Made by a program: the position numbers and the translations under genes. From Fidelibacterota bacterium (GTDB lineage Bacteria > Fidelibacterota > Marinisomatia > Marinisomatales > TCS55), in assembly GCA_027251445.1 (NCBI GenBank), contig JAPNQO010000103.1:1-25538 (forward strand): a DNA stretch of 25,538 nt. The letters are read 5' to 3'. The notes under the pieces are model-generated. The model searched no databases. It was not told the origin of the DNA and saw only the letters and a program-made list of their open reading frames with translations. Shown piece by piece: positions 18,230 to 25,538 of this stretch; position 1 is the stretch's first letter, and the number at the start of each line of letters is the position of its first letter.

Positions 18230-18286
18230 TTTTGTAATCATTTATTCTGACTTTTTATTCTCTGCATTAATTTCTAGTATATAAAT

Positions 18287-19843
18287 ATGACAAATTCACG
18301 TGGAAAAATTTTGTGGGTGGATGATGAAATTGATCATCTAAAACCTCATATACTCTTTCTTGAAGATAAGGGCTTTAGTATCTCAACAGCTACAAATGGA
18401 GCTGATGCTGTGATAATGGTCAAGGAAAATAACTTTCAGTTAATTCTTATGGATCAGTTTATGCCTGGACAGGATGGGATTCAAACTATTGAAGAATTCA
18501 ATGAAATACGCCCCAATCTTCCTGTTATTATGATAACTAAAAGTGAAGAAGAATGGTTAATGGATGAAGCTATTTCACAAAAGATATCACAATTTTTAAT
18601 AAAGCCTGTTAGCCCTTCACAGATTTTTATGGCGTGCAAACAAGTGATAGAAAATTTTAAGATACGCGAAGAAAAAATAACAAGTGGATATTTAAAAGAG
18701 TTTCAAGAAATAGAAGAATCTATTCGAAATAACTTAGATGCAGATGAATGGTGGAATATTTATAATCGCCTAAGTAAGTGGCAGATAAATTTTGACGAGC
18801 ATAAGGATATTGGTTTAAATAATATACTTAGTGAGCAAATTCATACGTGCAATCGTGAATTTGTAAAGTTTTTTCAAGGTAATTATTCAAATTGGATTTG
18901 TAATTCTGATCGTCCTAATCTTTCTGTAGATGTTGTTCCAAATTTCGTAATACCGAAATTAAAAGATGATTCTAAAGTATGTCTTATCGTTATAGATGCT
19001 TTAAGAAATGATCAATTTTTAACTATTTTACCTGAATTAGGGCAATATTTTAATGTAGAAGTTGATTATCAAATGTCATTATTACCCTCCGCAACTCCTT
19101 TTAGTAGGAATGCTATTTTTTCAGGTCTTTTCCCAGATGAGCTATGTGCAAAATATCCTCAGCAGCTTGAATTAATGAAGAGCGATGCTCCAAGTTTAAA
19201 TAAGTATGAATCTTTGTTTCTTGAAGATCAATTAAAAAGAAATGGACTCAGTAGTAAGAAAATGATTTATAAAAAAATCAATATTGCAGATCAAGGAGAT
19301 CGTTTATTAAGAAACATATCAGATTATAGACAAACTAACTTATTATCAGTTGTGGTGAATTTTGTTGATATGCTTGCACATAAGAGAGCTGAGTCAGATG
19401 TTTTAAAAGAAATTGTTCCAGATGAGGCTGGATATCGATTAGCTATTCGAACTTGGTTTGAGAATTCTTGGCTTTATTCTATGCTTCGGGAATTAAAAGA
19501 AAATAATTTTACTGTAATCATTACTAGTGATCATGGAACAGTTCGTGTCCAGCGGGGAGTTCTTGTTGGAGCTGATCGAGAAACATCTAGCGGTGTAAGA
19601 TATAAATATGGTAGAAACTTAAATTCTAAAGAAAAAAATGCTTTAATCATTCGTAAGCCATCCGATTATAGATTGCCAGAATTAGTACACCAAACAAACT
19701 ATTTAGTTGCAAAAGATGATGTATTCTTTCTTTATCCTAATCAACAACATCGATTTGAGGGTAAGTTAAAAGAAAGTTTCCAACACGGTGGAATTTCTAT
19801 GGAAGAAATAATGGTTCCAGTTGTTACCATGAAAGGTAATTAG
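18287..19843 (+). CDS. porX: PorX-family bifunctional response regulator/PglZ (alkaline phosphatase superfamily) protein
   Basis: N-terminal receiver (ILWVDDEI, LMDQFMPG, MITKSEEE, LIKPV) fused to a PglZ domain with metal/catalytic motifs IDALR, PSATPFSRNAIFSG, NFVDMLAH, TSDHG and FQHGGISMEE. Length is 518 aa, and it is followed by tsaE as in Bacteroidetes. Confidence 0.9.
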   Translation: MTNSRGKILWVDDEIDHLKPHILFLEDKGFSISTATNGADAVIMVKENNFQLILMDQFMPGQDGIQTIEEFNEIRPNLPVIMITKSEEEWLMDEAISQKISQFLIKPVSPSQIFMACKQVIENFKIREEKITSGYLKEFQEIEESIRNNLDADEWWNIYNRLSKWQINFDEHKDIGLNNILSEQIHTCNREFVKFFQGNYSNWICNSDRPNLSVDVVPNFVIPKLKDDSKVCLIVIDALRNDQFLTILPELGQYFNVEVDYQMSLLPSATPFSRNAIFSGLFPDELCAKYPQQLELMKSDAPSLNKYESLFLEDQLKRNGLSSKKMIYKKINIADQGDRLLRNISDYRQTNLLSVVVNFVDMLAHKRAESDVLKEIVPDEAGYRLAIRTWFENSWLYSMLRELKENNFTVIITSDHGTVRVQRGVLVGADRETSSGVRYKYGRNLNSKEKNALIIRKPSDYRLPELVHQTNYLVAKDDVFFLYPNQQHRFEGKLKESFQHGGISMEEIMVPVVTMKGN

Positions 19844-20283
19844 TGCTATCAGAGAAAATTCATACTAGATCTGCTTCTGAAACTAAAGATTACGCAAAAA
19901 ATCTAGCAAAAAAGTTAGATATTGGAACTGTAGTTGCTTTAATTGGCAATCTTGGTTCAGGGAAAACAACATTTGCTCAGGGTTTTGCTGAAGGACTTAA
20001 TATTTTTGAATCGATTGTTTCACCAACTTTTAAATTAGTTAGTGAGTATGATGGTGAAAATTGTAAGCTAATTCATGTAGATACATATCGACTTGATGGA
20101 ATTAATGATTTTCTAAATATTTGTGGTGAAGAAATAATAACAACGCCCGATGCCATCATTTTAATTGAGTGGGCAGATAAAATTATCGATATACTTCCCC
20201 CTGAAACCGTACACATCAATTTTAAAAGAATTACAAAAACTGAAAATGAGAGAAAGTTATTAATTAATTGTGTGGATGAATGA
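19843..20283 (+). CDS. tsaE: tRNA threonylcarbamoyladenosine biosynthesis ATPase TsaE
   Basis: GNLGSGKTTF Walker A, SPTF, HVDTYRL, IEWA. The GTG start overlaps the porX stop (TAGTG). Confidence 0.95.
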   Translation: MLSEKIHTRSASETKDYAKNLAKKLDIGTVVALIGNLGSGKTTFAQGFAEGLNIFESIVSPTFKLVSEYDGENCKLIHVDTYRLDGINDFLNICGEEIITTPDAIILIEWADKIIDILPPETVHINFKRITKTENERKLLINCVDE

Positions 20284-20927
20284 AGATAATTGCAATAGAT
20301 ACAGCAACAGATATTTGTGGAGTAAGTTATTTAGAAAATGGAAAGATAGTTCATACAGTTGAAGAAAATATTCCAAGGCAACATATAAAATCTTTACCAT
20401 TATTTTATGAAAAATTATGTTCTGAAACTGAATTAGTTCTTAATAATATTGATGGCATAGCAGTTTCAATAGGTCCTGGCTCCTTTACTGGATTGCGTAT
20501 AGGTTTAAGTTATAGCAAAGGTTTAGCTTTTGGATGTGGCCTGCCTATTATTCCTGTTCCTACATTAGCTGCAATAATGAAATCTGGAGGGGATTTTAAT
20601 GGAACTGCTAAAGCCTTGCTCTACTCTCATCGCGATATTGTATATGGTCAACAATTTACTCTGAATAAAAAATTGACCAAACAAAGCGACATTGCTGCTT
20701 ACCAATGGGAAAAAATTAAGCCTACTTTAAAAAAGTTTGAACTTGTAGTTCAAGTTGGATGTGATGAGTTAATAGATGGAGAAGAAAATTTAAAAACAGG
20801 TTATACTTCTTCATCAATTATAGCTGAATTGGCAAATAAATATTTTATAGAATGGGTTGTTGAAGAACCGTATAGTTTAGTCCCTAATTATATTTCTCCG
20901 TTTAATATAGGAGTAAAAAAATCCTGA
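20280..20927 (+). CDS. tsaB: tRNA threonylcarbamoyladenosine biosynthesis protein TsaB
   Basis: IIAIDTAT and IAVSIGPGSFTGLRIGLSYSKGLA. ATGA overlap with tsaE. Confidence 0.95.
   Translation: MKIIAIDTATDICGVSYLENGKIVHTVEENIPRQHIKSLPLFYEKLCSETELVLNNIDGIAVSIGPGSFTGLRIGLSYSKGLAFGCGLPIIPVPTLAAIMKSGGDFNGTAKALLYSHRDIVYGQQFTLNKKLTKQSDIAAYQWEKIKPTLKKFELVVQVGCDELIDGEENLKTGYTSSSIIAELANKYFIEWVVEEPYSLVPNYISPFNIGVKKS
20909..20913 (+). promoter_or_regulatory. Possible Shine-Dalgarno site for rimI
   Basis: AGGAG ends 10 nt before CTG 20924, inside the end of tsaB. Confidence 0.4.
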
Positions 20928-21367
20928 TTCGACTTGCTACAGAAGATGACCTTTTAAATATAACTCTTATAGAAAAAAGAGTATTTAGATTTCCTTGGTC
21001 CAAAGACCAAATACGATGGGAGCTTAGCTTACAAAATGTAGCTGAAAATTATGTTATGTTAGGAAAAGATAATATAATTGGCTATATATTTACTCATAAA
21101 ATTGATAAAGATGTACAGATACTAAACTTTGCTATTGATATTGCATATCAACATCAAGGATATGGTGAAAAATTATTATATCATGTTATGGATAAACTAG
21201 ATGAATATAGTAGTATTTTTTTGGAAGTAAGGAAAAGTAACTTCCCAGCTATTAATCTATATCTAAAGTTTGGTTTTTCAGAGCTTGGCATAAGAGAGAA
21301 ATATTACAATGATGGTGAAGATGCAATTATTATGAAAAGGGAGTTTTTAACTCATGGCGTGGTTTAA
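20924..21367 (+). CDS. rimI: Ribosomal protein S18 alanine N-acetyltransferase RimI (GNAT), 147 aa, extended relative to the ORF track
   Basis: The frame upstream of ATG 21056 reads (L/M)IRLATEDDLLNITLIEKRVFRFPWSKDQIRWEL, a typical RimI N-terminus. The core has ILNFAI, YQHQGYG, IFLEVRKSN, AINLYLKFGF and REKYYNDGEDAIIM. It follows tsaB. The start codon is inferred. Confidence 0.88.
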   Translation: MIRLATEDDLLNITLIEKRVFRFPWSKDQIRWELSLQNVAENYVMLGKDNIIGYIFTHKIDKDVQILNFAIDIAYQHQGYGEKLLYHVMDKLDEYSSIFLEVRKSNFPAINLYLKFGFSELGIREKYYNDGEDAIIMKREFLTHGVV

Positions 21368-22190
21368 ACGTGAAAAACAAAAGATAGCTCCTATAGAAAA
21401 AAAAGGAGTTCCTGATGGATTATGGGTAAAGTGTCCTACTTGTAGTGAATTTCTCTATAAACCAGAGTTGGATAAATCACTATCAGTCTGCCGCCATTGC
21501 TCTCATCATTTTCGTATTGATCCAAAGTCATATCATGACCTTTTACTTGATAAAGGATCTTCCCAAGAATTGTTTACAAACATTAGATCTAAAGATTTTT
21601 TAGGTTTTAAAGCAGAAAAGAAATATAAAGATCAATTAAATGATGCATCAAAGAAAACTGGATATAATGATGCGATAAATACATACACTGGTACAATAAA
21701 AAGTAAAAAAATAATACTTGGTATAATGAATTTTGCTTTTATCGGTGGTAGTATGGGATCAGTAGTTGGAGAAAAAGTATCTAGGATGATTGATCATGCC
21801 CATAAAAATAAATTACCTATAATTTTAGTGTGTGCTTCGGGTGGTGCACGTATGCAGGAAGGAGCAATATCATTGATGCAATTAGCTAAAACAAGTGCAA
21901 AATTAGCACAGTTCTCAGAAGGTGGAGGTTTATATATTCCTATTCTAACTGATCCAACCACTGGAGGTGTTACCGCTAGTTATGGTATGCTTGGAGATAT
22001 TATATTGGCTGAACCAGGTGCTCTTATAGGTTTTGCTGGTCCAAGAGTAATTAAACAAACCATTGGTCAGGATTTGCCGGAAGGTTTTCAACGAACAGAG
22101 TTTTTAAAAGAAAAAGGTTTTGTCGATCATATAGTTACTAGGGAAAAAATGAAGTTAACTTTGTATAACATTTTAACAATATTAACATGA
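21354..22190 (+). CDS. accD: Acetyl-CoA carboxylase carboxyltransferase beta subunit
   Basis: PDGLWVKCPTC...VCRHC zinc finger, FIGGSMGSVVGEK, ASGGARMQEG, PTTGGVTAS, IGFAGPRVI. Confidence 0.97.
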   Translation: MAWFKREKQKIAPIEKKGVPDGLWVKCPTCSEFLYKPELDKSLSVCRHCSHHFRIDPKSYHDLLLDKGSSQELFTNIRSKDFLGFKAEKKYKDQLNDASKKTGYNDAINTYTGTIKSKKIILGIMNFAFIGGSMGSVVGEKVSRMIDHAHKNKLPIILVCASGGARMQEGAISLMQLAKTSAKLAQFSEGGGLYIPILTDPTTGGVTASYGMLGDIILAEPGALIGFAGPRVIKQTIGQDLPEGFQRTEFLKEKGFVDHIVTREKMKLTLYNILTILT

Positions 22191-22954
22191 AGAAACATAA
22201 ACCAAGAATATTACTGACAAATGATGATGGTATTTACTCTAAAGGTATCTATGCCTTATGGGAAGCAATGTGTGAGATTGGTGAAGTGACTGTCATGGCT
22301 CCAAATACGGAAAAAAGTGCAGTTGGACACGCAATTACTATTTCAGATCCCGTTGGGATAGAACCATGTAATCGACATGGAGATTTTAAAGGATATGCTG
22401 TGAATGGAACTCCTGCTGACTGTGTAAAAATTGCCATAGGTTCATTTTTGGATAAAAAACCAAATATTGTTGTATCTGGCATTAATGCTGGTGCTAATGT
22501 AGGAACCAATATTTTATATTCTGGTACAGTATCTGCAGCAGCAGAAGGAACAATGTTAGGAGTCCCAAGCGTTGCCTTTAGTTTAAATACATTCAAAGCA
22601 AATAATTATGATTTGTCTAAAGAAGTGGCTAAAAAAATGACAACAAATGTATTAAAACATGGTTTACCAAAGGGAACATTATTAAATGTTAATATTCCCA
22701 AATGCGAAATTTCTGAATGTAAAGGATATAAAATCACTACTCAGGGTAAAGAATATTTTCTTGATGATCTTAAAAAAAGAGAAAGTCCAAGGGGGCGATT
22801 ATATTACTGGATGAGCGGCAAAATAGTAAATAATGATATGTCTGATGAACAAGATGGATATGCCGTTATTAATAATTGGGTAAGTGTATCACCAATTCAA
22901 TACAAACTAACTGACCATAAATTTTTAGATAATTTAAAAAGCTGGGAATTATAA
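22187..22954 (+). CDS. surE: 5'/3'-nucleotidase SurE
   Basis: ILLTNDDG, GTPADCV, VVSGINAGAN, YSGTVSAAAEG. Confidence 0.97.
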   Translation: MKKHKPRILLTNDDGIYSKGIYALWEAMCEIGEVTVMAPNTEKSAVGHAITISDPVGIEPCNRHGDFKGYAVNGTPADCVKIAIGSFLDKKPNIVVSGINAGANVGTNILYSGTVSAAAEGTMLGVPSVAFSLNTFKANNYDLSKEVAKKMTTNVLKHGLPKGTLLNVNIPKCEISECKGYKITTQGKEYFLDDLKKRESPRGRLYYWMSGKIVNNDMSDEQDGYAVINNWVSVSPIQYKLTDHKFLDNLKSWEL

Positions 22955-24505
22955 ATGAGTGGTTATAAAAATGGAGGAGTAATCATCCTCGATTTTGGAT
23001 CACAGTATACCCAATTAATAGCAAGAAAAATTCGAGAGTTAAATGTCTTCTCTCATATTTTACCTCATGATATTCCCTTAGATGATATCATGGTTTATGA
23101 ACCAAAGGGGATAATTTTATCTGGGGGTCCATCAAGTGTGTATGAGAAAAATGCTCCAAGTTATAATAAAGAAATACTCAATATAGATTTACCTATTCTT
23201 GGTATATGTTATGGGTTACATATTTTGGCTCAGCATAATGGAGGCTCTGTAAAATCTACAGGTCAAGGTGAATATGGATTTGCTAAAATTTCAATTACTA
23301 AAGATACAGATTTCTTAGATCCAGAATTAAATGGATCACAAGTTTGGATGTCTCATATGGACCAAGTAACTAAAGTTCCCGAATCATGGTCTGTTATTGC
23401 AGAATCATCAAACGGTGTAGTTGCTGCTATGGCTAGTACTGATTTGAAACGTTTAGCTACACAGTTTCATCCTGAAGTTTCACACACTGAGTTTGGAAAA
23501 GATATGCTAGAGAATTTCTTATTCAAGATTGCTTTATGTAATTCAAATTGGACACCAGGTAATTTTATTGAAGAGCAAGTAAATATGATTCGAAACGAGG
23601 TCGGTGATAATAATGTACTTATTGGAGTTAGTGGAGGGGTAGATTCATCAGTCGTTGCTGCTATAATGAATAAAGCAATAGGAGATAACGCTAAAGCAGT
23701 ATTAATAGATCATGGATTATTGCGAAAAAATGAAGCCTCAGATTGTATAAATGCTTTAAAAAATGGCTTAGGTGTAAATATTTATTTAGAAGATGAATCA
23801 GAAATTTTTTTTGAGAAACTATCTGGAGTTACTGACCCCGAACAAAAACGCAAGATTATTGGTAATCAGTTTATTTATTCTTTTGAATCTGTATCCTCTA
23901 GATTTGAAAACATGAATTATTTAGCACAGGGAACACTATATCCTGATGTAATTGAAAGTGGCGTTAGTCATGGAAAAGCTGCGCATGTGATTAAAAGTCA
24001 TCATAATGTAGGTGGATTACCTGAAGATATGAAATTCAAATTAATTGAACCTTTAAGAGAGTTGTTTAAAGACGAAGTTAGAACTGTTGGTAAAGAATTA
24101 GGCTTACCAGATAAATTAATTAAAAGACACCCATTCCCAGGGCCAGGTCTTGGGGTAAGAATTATTGGAGAAATAACAAAAGAAAGAGTTTATATCTTAC
24201 AGGAGGCTGATAAAATTTATATTGATATATTAGAAGAAGAGGGCCTATATGATGAAATTTGGCAGGCATTTGCAGTTCTTATCCCTGTAAAAACAGTTGG
24301 TGTAATGGGAGATCAAAGAACCTACGAAAATTTATTGGGTTTGAGAGCAGTTACAAGTACAGACGGTATGACAGCTGATTGGTACAGAATGCCTCCAGAA
24401 GTTTTATCAAAAATATCAAATCATATTGTGAATTCAGTTAAAGGTGTAAATCGAGTTACCTATGATGTTACGTCCAAGCCGCCTGGCACAATTGAATGGG
24501 AATAA
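22955..24505 (+). CDS. guaA: GMP synthase (glutamine-hydrolysing)
   Basis: ILDFGSQYTQLIAR, GICYG, QFHPEV, SGGVDS, QGTLYPDVIES, IKSHHNVGG, HPFPGPGL, KPPGTIEWE. Confidence 0.98.
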   Translation: MSGYKNGGVIILDFGSQYTQLIARKIRELNVFSHILPHDIPLDDIMVYEPKGIILSGGPSSVYEKNAPSYNKEILNIDLPILGICYGLHILAQHNGGSVKSTGQGEYGFAKISITKDTDFLDPELNGSQVWMSHMDQVTKVPESWSVIAESSNGVVAAMASTDLKRLATQFHPEVSHTEFGKDMLENFLFKIALCNSNWTPGNFIEEQVNMIRNEVGDNNVLIGVSGGVDSSVVAAIMNKAIGDNAKAVLIDHGLLRKNEASDCINALKNGLGVNIYLEDESEIFFEKLSGVTDPEQKRKIIGNQFIYSFESVSSRFENMNYLAQGTLYPDVIESGVSHGKAAHVIKSHHNVGGLPEDMKFKLIEPLRELFKDEVRTVGKELGLPDKLIKRHPFPGPGLGVRIIGEITKERVYILQEADKIYIDILEEEGLYDEIWQAFAVLIPVKTVGVMGDQRTYENLLGLRAVTSTDGMTADWYRMPPEVLSKISNHIVNSVKGVNRVTYDVTSKPPGTIEWE

Positions 24506-24539
24506 TACTTTTTCTTTAATAATACATAAAATATCAATT

Positions 24540-24572
24540 TTTGTATTTATTGTAATATCTTTATTAAATTTC
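24540..24572 (+). promoter_or_regulatory. Possible Bacteroidetes-type housekeeping promoter (-33/-7) upstream of the MORN gene
   Basis: TTTG (24540-24543), a 21-nt spacer, then TAAATTTC (24565-24572): one mismatch to TTTG-N19-21-TAnnTTTG. The region is very AT-rich, so a chance match is plausible. Confidence 0.25.
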
Positions 24573-24579
24573 ACCTGAA

Positions 24580-25538
24580 ATGAAATATTTACTTAACAAA
24601 ATATTGATAATTTCATTCCTTTTTCTTCTGATTAATTGCGGTGCAAAGATAAAATATGAAGGAGCGAAAAATGCCGGTGGGGAATATCATGGGCAGGGCG
24701 TTATAACATTTCTTAATGGAGAGATATGGGAAGGTGAATTCAAAAACGGAGAACCATATACTGGTAAAGGAATATTTATATGGTCTGATAGTTCGAAATT
24801 TGAAGGAGAAATAGTAAAAGGTTTATATCAAGGTCAAGGTACATATACGTATCCTGATGGTAAAAAGTGGATTGGAGATTGGAAAGATGACAAACGTTTT
24901 ACAGGAAAAGGTATTATCTATTTTGATGGTGGAGAAATATGGGATGGTGAATGGAGCGAAGGTTTAAAAATTAATGGAAAAGGTACAATTATTTATGAAG
25001 ATGGTTCCAGGTACTTAGGTGAGTTTAGAGATAGCACATATAATGGCAGAGGTACCTTTACTTATGCAGATGGAAAAGAATGGACAGGTGAATGGAAAGA
25101 TGGAAAAAATATTAATGGTGAAGGAATAATAAAATATGATAATGGAGAGATGTGGGAGGGTGAATATAAAGATGGCAAAAGGAATGGGGAAGGAACGTAT
25201 ACATATCCAGATGAAAAACAATATGTAGGTCAATATATTAATGATGAACGTAATGGAGAAGGAACATTAACTCATCCTGATGGAAAAAAGTATATCGGGG
25301 AATGGAAAGATGGAACTTATCATGGTCAGGGAACTTACATATACTCTGACGGAAGAGAATATAAAGGTGAATTCAGTGAAGGGTTTTTTAATGGAGCTGG
25401 GTTATTCCTATATCCAGACAGCTCAAAATATTTAGGAAGCTTTACTAAGGGCAATAGAAATGGTCAAGGTACATACACTTATCCAGATAGTAGTGAATGG
25501 GTGGGAGAATGGAAGGATAGCAAGCGTTTTACAGGTAA
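24580..25538 (+). CDS. MORN-repeat protein, putative lipoprotein, 3'-truncated (not in the ORF track)
   Basis: ATG 24580 opens MKYLLNKILIISFLFLLINCGAKIKYEG..., a basic/hydrophobic signal peptide ending in LINC (Cys20). Twelve complete and one partial 23-24-aa repeats follow (e.g. YIGEWKDGTYHGQGTYIYSDGRE). There is no in-frame stop before the window end. Confidence 0.92.
   Translation, partial: MKYLLNKILIISFLFLLINCGAKIKYEGAKNAGGEYHGQGVITFLNGEIWEGEFKNGEPYTGKGIFIWSDSSKFEGEIVKGLYQGQGTYTYPDGKKWIGDWKDDKRFTGKGIIYFDGGEIWDGEWSEGLKINGKGTIIYEDGSRYLGEFRDSTYNGRGTFTYADGKEWTGEWKDGKNINGEGIIKYDNGEMWEGEYKDGKRNGEGTYTYPDEKQYVGQYINDERNGEGTLTHPDGKKYIGEWKDGTYHGQGTYIYSDGREYKGEFSEGFFNGAGLFLYPDSSKYLGSFTKGNRNGQGTYTYPDSSEWVGEWKDSKRFTG

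Noticed and set aside
18230..18286. Terminator or promoter between the giant gene and porX
   Set aside because: The region is T-rich but has no convincing stem-loop, and promoter-like words are not distinguishable from AT-rich background.
18287..19843. PglZ domain as part of a BREX defence system
   Set aside because: It is fused to a receiver domain in the PorX architecture and sits among housekeeping genes. No brxC, pglX or brxL is present.
22249..25233. Minus-strand ORFs 22249-22596 and 25015-25233
   Set aside because: They are antisense to surE and to the MORN gene. The hydrophobic look of the latter is the complement of purine-rich MORN codons.
25536..25538. Terminal TAA as the MORN gene stop
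   Set aside because: It is out of frame: the frame reads ACA GGT AA., matching the earlier TGK.

Overview
AT-rich bacterial window in which every real gene is on the + strand. Bases 2-18229 are the 3' part (at least 6075 aa, open from the window edge) of a giant, acidic, Ser/Thr/Gly/Asn-rich secreted surface protein. Its order is: FG-GAP/VCBS-like 51-aa repeats; 23 copies of a ~124-aa Ig-like repeat, four of which have other domains nested inside them (2 Cys-containing PPC-like, 2 LamG-like); 3 FN3 domains and 2 further LamG domains; a GGAI beta-helix; cadherin/Ig-like domains; a dockerin-like and a possible cohesin-like module; and a C-terminal T9SS type A/FlgD-Ig-like sorting domain (YPNPFNP...KLILLK). 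57 bp downstream is a tightly coupled run porX (REC-PglZ)-tsaE-tsaB-rimI-accD-surE-guaA, then a MORN-repeat putative lipoprotein that runs off the 3' end and is missing from the ORF track. rimI appears to use a non-canonical start (CTG overlapping the tsaB stop). The sorting domain, porX and composition suggest an FCB-group marine bacterium such as Marinimicrobia (inference only). I found no RNA genes, mobile elements or CRISPR arrays. All domain calls come from motif recognition by eye, not from database searches.
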